Assembly (NCBI GenBank): GCA_965215195.1
Contig: CBDCDC010000002.1
Location: 2,112,001-2,176,000 of the forward strand
Direction of reading: 5' to 3'
DNA from: Candidatus Latescibacterota bacterium
GTDB lineage: Bacteria > Latescibacterota > UBA2968 > UBA8231
DNA: 64,000 nucleotides
This document shows, one piece after another, positions 40,347 through 50,880 of the stretch; the stretch's first letter is position 1, and each line of letters starts with the position of its first letter. The notes below the pieces were generated by a model, which saw only the letters and a list, made by a program, of their open reading frames with translations, did not search any database and was not told the DNA's origin. The translations under genes were made by a program, and so were the position numbers.

Positions 40347-41375
40347 TTAATTGCCAGTCTGCTCTTGCAAATGGCGCTTGATCTGCCCCCACGAGGGCTC
40401 GGCCACGGCGGTCGGCTCCTCGCCGATATAAGACGCGAGGTCCCAGAACCGCACCAAGTAGGAGTGACTCGTGGCACTCGCCAGCGTACCTCCATCCGGC
40501 GAATACGCCACATCCGAGACGACATCCGTGTGCCCTTCGAGCGTGGTGAGCAGTTCCCCTGTCGCTACATCCCAAAGACGTATCGCGTTGCCATGCGCAC
40601 TAGCCAACGTGTGCCCATCCGGTGAATACGCCAAACCACCACCGCATCTACCTAGTCGTCCTTCAAGCGTGTTGGAGACTTCACCGGTCTCCACATCCCA
40701 AAGACGTATCGTTTGATCCCGACTCCCACTGACCAACGTGCGACCATCCGGTGAATACGATACATGAACGACCCCATCCGCGTGCCCTTCGAGCGTGGTG
40801 AGCAGTTCACCGGTCGCCGCGTCCCAAAGACGTATCGTCCGGTCGAAGCCCCCACTGGCCAGCGTACTGCCATCCGGTGAATACGATACATGAATGATAC
40901 CCTCCGTATGCCCTGTGAGTGTGTTGAGATGTTCACCCGTCGCCACATCCCAAAGGCGAATCGTTTGATCCCGACTCGCACTGGCTACCGCAGCCCCATC
41001 CGGTGAATACGAGACGCTAAAGACATCCTCCCTGTGCCCTCTCAGCGTAGTGCGGACTTCACCTGTGGTCGCGTCCCAAAGACGCACGGTTTCGTCGAAA
41101 CTCCCACTGGCCAGCGTGCGACCATCCGGTGAATACGCCACATCCCAGACCAGATCCGTGTGCCCTACGAGCGTGGTGCGGACTTTACCTGTCGCTGCAT
41201 CCCAAAGACGCACGGTTTCGTCGAAACTCGCACTGGCTACCGCGGCCCCGTCCGGCGAATACGCCACACTAGTAGTCCAGCTCGGTGCCCGGGCATAGCT
41301 GCCATCCGGCAAGCCCAAAGCGATCAAGCAGGCGACTAACACGAGACGGAATTGATGTACAACTCGCGTTTTCAT
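40347..41375 (-). CDS. Secreted WD40-repeat protein with C-terminal SWGxIK motif
   Basis: Signal peptide MKTRVV..., about 7 repeats of YSPDG.TLAS...D.TIRLWD..TG, tail PTAVAEPSWGQIK; AAGGAG SD. Confidence 0.9.
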   Translation of the reverse strand: MKTRVVHQFRLVLVACLIALGLPDGSYARAPSWTTSVAYSPDGAAVASASFDETVRLWDAATGKVRTTLVGHTDLVWDVAYSPDGRTLASGSFDETVRLWDATTGEVRTTLRGHREDVFSVSYSPDGAAVASASRDQTIRLWDVATGEHLNTLTGHTEGIIHVSYSPDGSTLASGGFDRTIRLWDAATGELLTTLEGHADGVVHVSYSPDGRTLVSGSRDQTIRLWDVETGEVSNTLEGRLGRCGGGLAYSPDGHTLASAHGNAIRLWDVATGELLTTLEGHTDVVSDVAYSPDGGTLASATSHSYLVRFWDLASYIGEEPTAVAEPSWGQIKRHLQEQTGN

Positions 41376-41433
41376 AAGAAACTCCTTTCGGTGCGTTTTG
41401 AGGACTTTTTCACACGCCATTTTCAAACACTCC

Positions 41434-43611
41434 TTACGGCAGCTTCGTCGTCTTTTTCGCTTCCACCCGCCCATCCACTTCGACCTGATAGACATACACC
41501 CCGGCGGCCACCGCCTTGCCCGCCGCGTCGCGGCCATCCCACACAAACCGATGACTCCCCGCCCCCAACGGCCCCTGCCACACCTGCCGCACCCGACGAC
41601 CCAACACATCGTACACCGTCAGCGACACTCCCGCCGCGTCCGTTGCCAAGTCGAGGGGGATCACGACCGCCGGATTAAACGGATTGGGATAGCTGTCGCC
41701 CAGCCGATACTGCGCCGGCCGCCCGGCTGCGGTCGTCATCACCGCGGTCGCCTGCTCGCCCAACGAACTCTTGAGCAGATGCACCCCGCCCAAGATCGGA
41801 TCTAACACGACCAAATCGAGATCGCCATCGTTATCCATATCCCCGGACAGCACGTATCGCCCAGTACCCTCCAGACGATGCTTCTCTCCTTCTTGGGTAG
41901 GGTTGACACGCCCGCCCCATTCGACAAACACTCCAAAGCCCGAAGCGCGGTCTCCACCGATAAACACCCAGTCGTCCACCCCATCGGCGTTCAGATCGCG
42001 CATCAGCACCGGCGAGCGACGCAACAGCCGATCATCATACAGCACCTCCGCTTCTAAGCGGTCCCCGACGCTCTTCCGCTGCAAGACCAGCCCCTTGCTC
42101 CCTTCTATACCGACTGTGAGCTCGGTGAACAAATCCACCTGCCCATCGCCGTCAAAGGATGTGAGCTCGGTGAGGAAATCCACCTGCCCATCGCCATCAA
42201 AATCGCCCACCCCTAACAGCTTCACTCTCTCATCGAATTCAAAGATCTCGCCGCTCGGAACCTCGCCCAAGGCCCCCACAATCCACGTGCTCGCCCGCCC
42301 GGGGATCAGCCTCCACAACGCGTCAAGGACCCCATCGCCGGTAAAGTCGCCGATATGAGGGGGGGTATAGTCTTGGACTGCGGCTACCTCCTCAGAAGTC
42401 CACACGCCCTGTTCTACATCCCACACCGCTAACGTGCTAAAGAACGTCGCCGTACCCGCAATCGCCTCCTCGCGAGAGCCTTCAAACGTAGTCCTCCCGA
42501 CAAACAACTCAACCCGGCCATCGCCATCCCAATCCGCCACACTATGGATCGATCGGTCGATCTGCGCGAGCACCTCAACTTGGAGATCCGGCCCGATAGA
42601 CCACACTTCGGTCGAGGGCTCCCGGTTGCTTCTTGATAGCGCGATTTCGTCTTGCCCATCGCCCGTCAAATCAGCACCAAGCACCTTTAAGACCCCCCCT
42701 AAGACCCCCACTTCTTCTATAACAGGCCCGCGTTCCAAGGCCCCTCGTCCGTCATTGACGGCCATCAGCCAACCCGCTTTAGACTCACGCCCCTGCGGTA
42801 TTTCCGTTTCCGTTTTCCAGAGACCAAACAGGTCTAAGTCGCCATCGCCATCCAAGTCCGTCAACACGCCGCCCCCCCTATCCCCTAGATACCTATTCCC
42901 TCCAATAGGTGCTTCCCCTATCCCCGGCGCAATCGGATAGAACGCCGGCGGGGCAAAAAGGCCGGCTCCAGCAAAGCCAAAGTAAGACTCTACGGATGGC
43001 GGCGGCCGTTCCCCCTCAAGCATCTCTTCCACGCCGGTCAACTCGATCCAGTCAATCTCAAACGACTCGACCACCCTAGGCGCGGTATCCTTACCAAAAT
43101 CCAGTACAAAACCTAGCCGCATATTTTTTAACAGGCCCTCCCATCTGCTGTGACCCGCCAAGGACAGCACCATTTCCTGCCACTCGGTGGTATAGACTAG
43201 TTGTTTTATGGTGTTTTCTTCTGTATCAAGATCAGTAGCAATATTAAGATAAAAACCTGAAGCGTTCTCCCACTCAATGGAAAAAACACCTTCTGTCGGG
43301 CGGTCATGGATGGTGCGGAACCGGACGCGGACTTGATCGAACAGACCCGAATCGTACCCGATGGTCGAAGAAACCACCTCGACACCCGGACTGGAGGCGT
43401 ACAAACTATTAGTGACGGCGGGATCGACCCGGATCCGCCACACGCCGTCTTCAACCACCCCCGGAAACTGGTGAAATTCACGCGTACCACCCCATATAAG
43501 AGCTTCTTTAGTGGTCCACCCTTGCGTCGTCCCATCGTCGAAATCCCACCGGATCGCCTCGGCGGAACCGCTCCATAGCACAACGCCTGCAACAACGGCG
43601 AACCTCAGCAT
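41434..43611 (-). CDS. Secreted FG-GAP/FlgD-CTD protein, paralog 3
   Basis: Same architecture. Confidence 0.88.
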   Translation of the reverse strand: MLRFAVVAGVVLWSGSAEAIRWDFDDGTTQGWTTKEALIWGGTREFHQFPGVVEDGVWRIRVDPAVTNSLYASSPGVEVVSSTIGYDSGLFDQVRVRFRTIHDRPTEGVFSIEWENASGFYLNIATDLDTEENTIKQLVYTTEWQEMVLSLAGHSRWEGLLKNMRLGFVLDFGKDTAPRVVESFEIDWIELTGVEEMLEGERPPPSVESYFGFAGAGLFAPPAFYPIAPGIGEAPIGGNRYLGDRGGGVLTDLDGDGDLDLFGLWKTETEIPQGRESKAGWLMAVNDGRGALERGPVIEEVGVLGGVLKVLGADLTGDGQDEIALSRSNREPSTEVWSIGPDLQVEVLAQIDRSIHSVADWDGDGRVELFVGRTTFEGSREEAIAGTATFFSTLAVWDVEQGVWTSEEVAAVQDYTPPHIGDFTGDGVLDALWRLIPGRASTWIVGALGEVPSGEIFEFDERVKLLGVGDFDGDGQVDFLTELTSFDGDGQVDLFTELTVGIEGSKGLVLQRKSVGDRLEAEVLYDDRLLRRSPVLMRDLNADGVDDWVFIGGDRASGFGVFVEWGGRVNPTQEGEKHRLEGTGRYVLSGDMDNDGDLDLVVLDPILGGVHLLKSSLGEQATAVMTTAAGRPAQYRLGDSYPNPFNPAVVIPLDLATDAAGVSLTVYDVLGRRVRQVWQGPLGAGSHRFVWDGRDAAGKAVAAGVYVYQVEVDGRVEAKKTTKLP

Positions 43612-43623
43612 GATACCACCTCC

Positions 43624-45795
43624 TCACGGCAGCTTCGTCGTCTTTTTCGCTTCCACCTGCCCATCCACTTCGACCTTATAGACATACACCCCAGCGGCCA
43701 CGTCTCTGCCCACCGCGTCGCGACCATCCCACACAAACCGATGACTGCCCGCCGCCAGCGGCCCCCGCCACACCTGCCGCACCCGACGACCCAACACGTC
43801 GTACACCGTCAGCGACACCTCTGCCGCGTCCGTCGCCAAATCGAGGGGCAGCACCACCGCCGGATTGAACGGATTGGGATAGCTGTCGCCCAGCCGATGT
43901 TGCACCGGCCGCGCTGCCGCTGGCGTCATCACCGCCGTCGCCTGCTCGCCCAGCGAACTCTTGAGCAGATGCACTCCACCCAAGATCGGATCCAACACCA
44001 CCAAGTCGAGATCGCCGTCGCCATCCATATCCCCGCAGAGCACGTATCGCCCAGTACCCTCCAGCCGATGCCGCTCCCCGGCTTGAGTAGGATTGACACG
44101 CCCGCCCCATTCGACAAACACCCCAAAGCCTGAGACGCGATCCCCACCGATAAACACCCAGTCGTCCACCCCATCGGCGTTGAGGTCGCGCACCAGCACC
44201 GGCGAGCGCCGCAACAGCCGATCATCATACAGCACCTCCGCTTCGAGGCGGTCCCCGACGCTCTTCCGCTGCAAGACCAGCCCCTTGCTCCCTTCGATTA
44301 GATGTGGATCTGATATGAACTCCGTGAGGAAATCCACCTGCCCATCGCCGTCAAAATCGCCCACCTCTAACAGCTTCGGCTCCCCCCCTTCATCGAACTC
44401 AAACAGCTCGCCGCTCTGCAACTCCCCACCCAAGGCCCCCACAATCCACCTATCATTCGCCCACCTTCCGAGCGACTTCCATAACACGTCTAAGGTCCCA
44501 TCCCCAGTAAAGTCGCCGATGTGACGGGGCGTATAGTCTTTGGAAGCCGCCACCTCCTCGGCGGTCCACATGCCCTGTTTGACCTCCCAGACCACTAACG
44601 TGCTTGAAAGCTCCGCCGTACCCGCGATCATGTCCTCGAAAGAGCCTTCATGCGTAACCCCCCCGACAAATAATTCGACCCGGCCATCACCATCCCAATC
44701 CGCCACACTATGGACCGCTTTATCGATCTGCACGAGTACCTCGACTTGGAGGTCCGGCCCGATAGACCAAATCTCCGTCAAGTGGTGGCCTCTTGATATT
44801 GCGATCTCGTCTTTACCATCGCCGGTCAAATCAGCACCCATCACCGATAAAACCACCCCTGGGACGATCGTCCTGCCAGTTTCCGAATCTGTACTAGACC
44901 CCTCTGGGGGAGCTACCACCTCTAGGCGTCTCAGTTCCAAGGCCCCGCGCCCGTCATTGAGGGCCATCAGCCAGCCCACCACGTCAGCCCGCCCCAACTC
45001 GTCTGTGTCTGGAGCGTACTCCCAGAGGCCAAAAAGGTCTAAGTCGCTATCGCCATCCAAGTCCGTCAACACGTGGCCCCCGACCTCCCCTAGATACCCT
45101 GCTCTACGAGTTTCCCCGATCCCCGGCGCAATCGGATAGAACACCGGCCGGGCAAAAAGGCCGGCCCCAGCAAAGCTGAAGTAGTACTCTACCGGCGGCG
45201 GCGGCCGTTCCCCCGCTATCATCTCTTCCACGCCGGTCAACTCGATCCAGTCGATCTCAAACCACTCAACCATCTCGGTATCCAAATCAAAACCGAGTAC
45301 AAAACCGAGCTGAATGTTTTTTAACAGGCCCTCCCAGCCGTCTTGACCCGTCAAGGAGAACCCCACTTCCTGCCATTTGGTGGTATAGATTATTTTTTGG
45401 GGGAACACTTTAAATAAATTTTCTGGATCATCGGGATCGAAATAGGAAGAGTTTTCCCAATTGATCACAAAATTACCATACGTAGGGCGGTCATGGACGG
45501 TACGGAACCGAATGCGGACGTGGTCGAACAGAGCCGAATCGTACCCGATGGGAGAAGAAACCACTTCGACACTCGGCATGGAATGACGACTTTTGGTGAC
45601 GGAGGGAGAGACTGTGATCCGCCACACACCGTCTTCGACCACCCCCGGAAACTGGTGAAATTCACGCGTACCTCCCCATATAGTAGCTTCTTTAGCGGTC
45701 CACCCTTGCGTCGTCCCATCGTCGAAATCCCACTTGATCGCCTCGGCGGGGACGCTCCATAGCACAACGCCTGCAACAACGGCGAACCTCAGCAT
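43624..45795 (-). CDS. Secreted FG-GAP/FlgD-CTD protein, paralog 4
   Basis: Same architecture. Confidence 0.88.
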   Translation of the reverse strand: MLRFAVVAGVVLWSVPAEAIKWDFDDGTTQGWTAKEATIWGGTREFHQFPGVVEDGVWRITVSPSVTKSRHSMPSVEVVSSPIGYDSALFDHVRIRFRTVHDRPTYGNFVINWENSSYFDPDDPENLFKVFPQKIIYTTKWQEVGFSLTGQDGWEGLLKNIQLGFVLGFDLDTEMVEWFEIDWIELTGVEEMIAGERPPPPVEYYFSFAGAGLFARPVFYPIAPGIGETRRAGYLGEVGGHVLTDLDGDSDLDLFGLWEYAPDTDELGRADVVGWLMALNDGRGALELRRLEVVAPPEGSSTDSETGRTIVPGVVLSVMGADLTGDGKDEIAISRGHHLTEIWSIGPDLQVEVLVQIDKAVHSVADWDGDGRVELFVGGVTHEGSFEDMIAGTAELSSTLVVWEVKQGMWTAEEVAASKDYTPRHIGDFTGDGTLDVLWKSLGRWANDRWIVGALGGELQSGELFEFDEGGEPKLLEVGDFDGDGQVDFLTEFISDPHLIEGSKGLVLQRKSVGDRLEAEVLYDDRLLRRSPVLVRDLNADGVDDWVFIGGDRVSGFGVFVEWGGRVNPTQAGERHRLEGTGRYVLCGDMDGDGDLDLVVLDPILGGVHLLKSSLGEQATAVMTPAAARPVQHRLGDSYPNPFNPAVVLPLDLATDAAEVSLTVYDVLGRRVRQVWRGPLAAGSHRFVWDGRDAVGRDVAAGVYVYKVEVDGQVEAKKTTKLP

Positions 45796-45807
45796 GATAC
45801 CACCTCC

Positions 45808-47994
45808 TCAAGGCAGCTTCGTCGTCTTCTTCGCTTCCACTCGCCCATCCACTTCGACCCGATAGACATACACCCCAGCGGCCACGTCTCTGCCCGCCGC
45901 GTCGCGGCCATCCCACACGAACCGATGGCTCCCCGCGCGCAGCGGCCCCTGCCACACCGGCCGCACCCGACGACCTAACACGTCGTACACCGTCAGCGAC
46001 ACCCCGGCCGCGTCCGTCGCCAAGTCGAGGGGCAGCACCACCGCCGGATTAAACGGATTGGGATAGCTGTCGCCCAGCCAATGTCGCGCCGGCCGCGCTG
46101 CCGCTGGCGTCATCACCGCGGTCCTCTGCTCGTCCAGCGAACTCTTGAGCAGATGCACTCCACCCAAGATCGGATCCAACACCACCAAATCGAGATCGCC
46201 GTCGCCATCCATATCCCCGCAGAGCACGTCTCGCCCTGTGCCCGCCAGCCGATGCCGCTCTCCTCCTTGGGTCGGGTTGACACGCCCACCCCATTCGACG
46301 AACACCCCAAAGCCCGAAACGCGGTCCCCGCCGATAAACACCCAGTCGTCCACCCCATCGGCATTCAGATCGCGCACCACCAACGGCGAGCGTCGCAACA
46401 GCCGATCATCATACAGCACCTCCGCTTCTAAGCGGTCCCCGGTCCCCTTTCTCTGCAAGACGATCCCCTTGCTCCCTTCGATCAGATCAGATGCGAACTC
46501 GGTGAGGAAATCCACCTGTCCATCGCCGTCAAAATCGCCCACCCCTAACGGCTTCATCCCTTCGTCGAATTCAAAGGGCTCGCCGCTCGGAAACGCCGCG
46601 GTCTCGCTTGTCTGCAACGCCTTGCTCAAGTCCCCCACAATCCACCCTTTCGCCAGATCTCGGATCGGCGTCCAGAACACGTCTAAGGTCCCATCGCCGG
46701 TAAAGTCGCCGATATGAAGGGGCACATAGTCTTTGGAAGCCGCCATCTCCTCAGAAGTCCACACGCCCTGTTCGACCTCCCACATCGCTAACGTGCTTGA
46801 AAGCACCGCCGTACCCGCGATCATCTCCTCTAAAGTGCCTTCATACCTAGCCCCCCCGACAAATAATTCGACCCGGCCATCGCCATCCCAATCCGCCACA
46901 CTATGGACCGCTTTATCGATCTGCACGAGCACCTCGATTTGGAGATCCGCATCGATAGACCATACTTCGGTCGTGGGCTCCCGGTTGCTTCTTGATAGCG
47001 CGATCTCGTCTTGACCATCGCCGGTAAAATCAGCACTCATCGCCTCTAATCTCAACCGTGGGATGATAGCGGTACTACTCTCTGTGGGGGCTACTTCCTC
47101 TATGATAGGTCCCCGTTCCAAGGCCCCGCGCCCGTCATTGACGGCCATCAGCCAGCCACTTTTAGGCTCAAGCCCACGTTTCGTGCGCGTGTACGTATCC
47201 CAGAGGCCGAAAAGATCCAAGTCGCCATCGCCATCCAAATCCGTCAACGTGCTGCCCTCCCGCTCCCCTAGATACCCTCCGCCGAATCCTGCGGCGGCGG
47301 CTTCCCCTAAGCCCGGCGCAATCGGATAGAACACCGGCGGCGCAAACAGGCCAGTCGACTCAAAGCCAAAGTAGTACTCGACCAGCGGCGGCCGTTCTCC
47401 CTGGAGCATCTCCTCCACGCCGGTCAACTCGATCCAGTCGATCTCAAACCACTCGACAACCCCAGACTCGGTCGCCGGATCAATACCCAGATAAAAATCT
47501 AGCCGAATATTTTTTAACTGGCCTTCCCATCTCCTATGATCAGCCAAGGAGACCACCATTTCCTGCCACTCGGTGGTATAGACTATTCGTTGGATGAGCA
47601 TTTCTTCTGAATCAGTATCATCATCAAGATTAGAATAAAAACCTGAAGCGTTTTCCCACTCGATCCAAAGAGAACCCTCCGTAGGGCGATCATGGACGGT
47701 GCGAAACCGGATGCGGATGTGGTCGAACAAGCTCGAATCGTACCCGATGGTCGAAGAAACCAATCCGACACTCGAATTAGAGGACAAACTCTTGGTGACG
47801 GCGGGAGAGACCGCGATTCGCCACACGCCGTCTTCAACTACCCCTAAGAACTGGTTAAACTCACGCGTACGACCCCTTGTATTCGTTTCTTTGGTGGTCC
47901 ATCCCTGCGTCGTCCCATCGTCGAAATCCCACTTGATCGCCTCGGCGGGATCGCCCCATAGCACCACGCATACAATAACGGCTAGCTTCAACAT
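45808..47994 (-). CDS. Secreted FG-GAP/FlgD-CTD protein, paralog 5
   Basis: Same architecture; start refined to MLKLAV after AGGAG. Confidence 0.88.
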   Translation of the reverse strand: MLKLAVIVCVVLWGDPAEAIKWDFDDGTTQGWTTKETNTRGRTREFNQFLGVVEDGVWRIAVSPAVTKSLSSNSSVGLVSSTIGYDSSLFDHIRIRFRTVHDRPTEGSLWIEWENASGFYSNLDDDTDSEEMLIQRIVYTTEWQEMVVSLADHRRWEGQLKNIRLDFYLGIDPATESGVVEWFEIDWIELTGVEEMLQGERPPLVEYYFGFESTGLFAPPVFYPIAPGLGEAAAAGFGGGYLGEREGSTLTDLDGDGDLDLFGLWDTYTRTKRGLEPKSGWLMAVNDGRGALERGPIIEEVAPTESSTAIIPRLRLEAMSADFTGDGQDEIALSRSNREPTTEVWSIDADLQIEVLVQIDKAVHSVADWDGDGRVELFVGGARYEGTLEEMIAGTAVLSSTLAMWEVEQGVWTSEEMAASKDYVPLHIGDFTGDGTLDVFWTPIRDLAKGWIVGDLSKALQTSETAAFPSGEPFEFDEGMKPLGVGDFDGDGQVDFLTEFASDLIEGSKGIVLQRKGTGDRLEAEVLYDDRLLRRSPLVVRDLNADGVDDWVFIGGDRVSGFGVFVEWGGRVNPTQGGERHRLAGTGRDVLCGDMDGDGDLDLVVLDPILGGVHLLKSSLDEQRTAVMTPAAARPARHWLGDSYPNPFNPAVVLPLDLATDAAGVSLTVYDVLGRRVRPVWQGPLRAGSHRFVWDGRDAAGRDVAAGVYVYRVEVDGRVEAKKTTKLP

Positions 47995-48112
47995 GAGACC
48001 ACATCTCCTGTCCAACAGGTAAAATTCCGACCGACCGCGTACTATCCGTGCAGAAAAAAAAGAGCACCGGCTTAATCACTGACGTTACGCAGTTTTCCAG
48101 AAAATGCTGCCT

Positions 48113-48220
48113 TTCGTCCAAAAAGAGGGTGCCGCCATCAGCCAGTTCAAAGCACCCGATCTGGCGGGTCGTTGCGCTGGTAAAAGCCCCTTTCTTGTGG
48201 CCGAACAATTCGCTCTCGAA
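48113..48220 (-). pseudogene. Internal fragment of a sigma-54-dependent activator (NtrC-type AAA+)
   Basis: [16 protein letters not shown]...[15 protein letters not shown] (GAFTGA-like loop through Walker B) with no flanking parts. Confidence 0.85.
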
Positions 48221-48228
48221 TGTAAACC

Positions 48229-49578
48229 TCACTCCGCATCAACTAATTGCCGTGCCAGCGATCCCTCCCGCGTCAGGGCGTACACCAAGAGATTCACCCC
48301 TAAATTATACACCAACGGCTCCTCGGCACCGGCCAGAATCGAGTGGTTGCTCGCGCCATACCTCAAAGACCAATTCATCATCTCCTGACCGATACCCGCC
48401 CAAAAATCCGCATAGCCGCGCATCGAATACACTCCCACCAACTGATCCCCAACGACGATGCCCTCCAAATAGTCCGGGGTACGGGGCGGGTAGTCTTGTC
48501 CGCCATTTACAAAGTGCATATCGCGGGCCCCCCGCGGCAGGCTGTTTATATCGTAGAAGCAGTGATAGAGCGGATGGCTTAGCTCCAGCCGGGTGAACCG
48601 CCAGTCCTTCCATTCTTGATAGCCCACCGCTTGCAAGCTGGCGCGAATGAGCGAACGCACCGTCGGCAGGTCTAATTCGGCGTCGCTGTAATCAGGCCGC
48701 AAGGGGCGGAGAATATCCACATACAGGAAGCCGCCGCCGGTCAAATACCCCCCTAAATTGGCCGCCTCGCTGTCGGTAAACTCAAAGGGGAGGTTGACGG
48801 TCAGCAGTACGAAAGGCACCTGCAAAAGCTGGGGATCATCCAGCGGAACCGCGTCGCGTACCTCAACGTGAACCTGCGTCTTGGCGATCATCTCATCGGC
48901 CAACCCTTGCAGCATCCGCCGCTCAACCATTTGGTGCGGCATCTGGTGATACCACCAGCGCACTTGCATATTTCTGGCCAGTCTGCTGTTTTCAGCTTGG
49001 TTGATGGACGGGCTGTAGAGGCCGGACATATAGAGGAACCCCTTGAGCTTGCGCCGGTCTTGGGGATCGACGACCACCATCGCCCGGTGCTGGCCGGTGT
49101 CCATCGCCTGCACATCCATCAGCTCCAACGCCAAGTCAATCTCATCGGCCCCTTGCCGCGTCCCTTCCAACGCCCCAGCCTGCATCTGCGGACCAATGTG
49201 CCGAGCGGGGAAGTCCGGCACGGGCAGCACCAGCCGATCCGGCAGCGATGCCGACGGCAGCCGCAGAGCCGATGTTTTGAACACCGGCAGGGGACGCGAT
49301 GCCGAGGGGGCCGGCCGCATCGCTACGACCGGAGCCGCTTGCAGGGCGGCGCGGCGCACCAACGGACGCTGTTGGGGCCGCTGCCGCCGGGCGAGGGTGC
49401 GTGGCAGCGGGCGCTTCTTGGTAAACTTCACCATGATCGGCGGTTGCACGGGAAAGTGAGTGACCCGCTCATGGCGTGGGAGTCCGAAGATCACCAGCAG
49501 ATGCAAGGCCAGCGACAAGGCCAAGCAGCTTTGCAGCTTTCTATTTCTTTGGAATGGGACTTTCCACGGCCGTTTCAT
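48229..49578 (-). CDS. DUF4159-domain protein with TonB-like anchor, copy 2
   Basis: Paralog of 32396-33742; ATGA overlap with GT2. Confidence 0.8.
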   Translation of the reverse strand: MKRPWKVPFQRNRKLQSCLALSLALHLLVIFGLPRHERVTHFPVQPPIMVKFTKKRPLPRTLARRQRPQQRPLVRRAALQAAPVVAMRPAPSASRPLPVFKTSALRLPSASLPDRLVLPVPDFPARHIGPQMQAGALEGTRQGADEIDLALELMDVQAMDTGQHRAMVVVDPQDRRKLKGFLYMSGLYSPSINQAENSRLARNMQVRWWYHQMPHQMVERRMLQGLADEMIAKTQVHVEVRDAVPLDDPQLLQVPFVLLTVNLPFEFTDSEAANLGGYLTGGGFLYVDILRPLRPDYSDAELDLPTVRSLIRASLQAVGYQEWKDWRFTRLELSHPLYHCFYDINSLPRGARDMHFVNGGQDYPPRTPDYLEGIVVGDQLVGVYSMRGYADFWAGIGQEMMNWSLRYGASNHSILAGAEEPLVYNLGVNLLVYALTREGSLARQLVDAE

Positions 49579-50624
49579 CGGCTCCCGTCCTTTCGCAAAG
49601 GATGGAGATCGAGCATTAACGTCCGCTCCGCCATTTCTTCGCTCGAAATGGTCTGATGCGTTTCGTGAAACGCCATCAGGCTAGGGAGGCGCATCTCCTC
49701 TGGAATCAGGCGGTCCGGCCATATAGAGGCAAACCAAAATTCAATCAGGTATAGTCGCGGATCCTCGTTCTTCTCCACCATGTGGGCGATAGCCCTACGC
49801 CGTTTTTGCGATTCTGCGAACGCATTTTGGGGGCTAAAAAAATCGTGATGATGATACAGGTGATAGCTCTGCGCCTTGGTGGCAAAGCGCATGTTGCAGC
49901 CATTCCGCATGAGGCGATAGGCCAAATCCCATCCTTCAGAATGGAGCATCTCTTCGTCAAACCCACCGACCTCCTCAAGAGCAACACGCGGAGCCGAAGC
50001 ATTGTGCGGATAAAAACTGATCCAACCGATCGGCGAATCAGGCACTTGGTTAAAGAGCAGTTGTACTTGGTCTTGCATTAGTTTTAATTCTGGGAAGGGA
50101 TATCCTCCCTCTTCGGCTAGTGGATCAATCGCGCCGAAATCAGACTGTACCATGGTCTCTGACACCCGAAATTCGTCTGGGTGCGTCCGCATAATCTGAG
50201 CAACCGAGGCCGGAACGTCCTCCCAAGGAAGGCCACTGTGCGGGTCTTGGACGTATTCCAAGCGGGGCAAGCAATACTGGAACCCGCTCGTTACGCCGGT
50301 GTAGCGCTGAAATAGGTGCCAATGTTGGGCTAACCAATCGGGACCCGGTAGCGCGTCGCCATCCAAGAAAGCAACTATGTCTCCCCGCGCTTCCGCTATA
50401 CCGATATTCCGCGCTCGACAGCGTCCGACATTCGTATGCAAGGGAATGACTTTTATGGGCATGTGCTCATACTCACGCAGAAAGTCCCCTGTTCCGTCCG
50501 TGCTGCCATCGTCCACCACGATAACCTCAAACGGGCCGGAGAATGTCTGAACAGCCAAGCCGCTTAAAACAAGCCGCAACCGATCGCGCTGATTGTGTGC
50601 GGCGATGACGACAGAAATATCCAT
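49575..50624 (-). CDS. Glycosyltransferase family 2, copy 1
   Basis: ISVVIAAHN, VIVVDDGSTDGT, ARNIGI, FLDGD, GGFDE. Confidence 0.9.
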   Translation of the reverse strand: MDISVVIAAHNQRDRLRLVLSGLAVQTFSGPFEVIVVDDGSTDGTGDFLREYEHMPIKVIPLHTNVGRCRARNIGIAEARGDIVAFLDGDALPGPDWLAQHWHLFQRYTGVTSGFQYCLPRLEYVQDPHSGLPWEDVPASVAQIMRTHPDEFRVSETMVQSDFGAIDPLAEEGGYPFPELKLMQDQVQLLFNQVPDSPIGWISFYPHNASAPRVALEEVGGFDEEMLHSEGWDLAYRLMRNGCNMRFATKAQSYHLYHHHDFFSPQNAFAESQKRRRAIAHMVEKNEDPRLYLIEFWFASIWPDRLIPEEMRLPSLMAFHETHQTISSEEMAERTLMLDLHPLRKDGSR

Positions 50625-50637
50625 TGAACTAGCTCCC

Positions 50638-50806
50638 TTATATACATTCAAAAATTAAGCGGCACTCTTCTCTCAGAGAGTCCGGTCGATGAATGTGGGG
50701 AAGCCCACTATCCGTCTCTTCATACACCATGGCTTGTGGCACTTCCTTGACAGCGTTGGAGCATACAATGTGGAAGCAGTCCAAGTGGCCAAAGAAAAAG
50801 TCAAAA
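50638..50806 (-). pseudogene. 3' remnant of the GT-B/transglutaminase gene
   Basis: FFGHLDCFHIVCSNAVKEVPQAMVYEETDSGLPHIHRPDSLREECRLIFECI* matches the C-terminus of 62089-64000. Confidence 0.85.
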
Positions 50807-50809
50807 ATA

Positions 50810-50880
50810 ATGGATGCTTAGGCTATCCCATGCCGTCTTATCCTCGTTCGAGTCAAATAGCTCAAAAGAATGTCCTCTTA
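50810..50880. repeat. Diverged copy of the conserved ~70-bp block, without the REP/MITE insert
   Basis: atggatgcttaggctatcccatgccgtcttatcctcgttcgagtcaaatagctcaa directly abutting the KKTTKLP stop. Confidence 0.75.

Noticed and set aside
41376-41609. N-terminal extension of the WD40 ORF
   Set aside because: It is an alternative frame of the upstream CTD; the SD and signal peptide indicate a start at 41375
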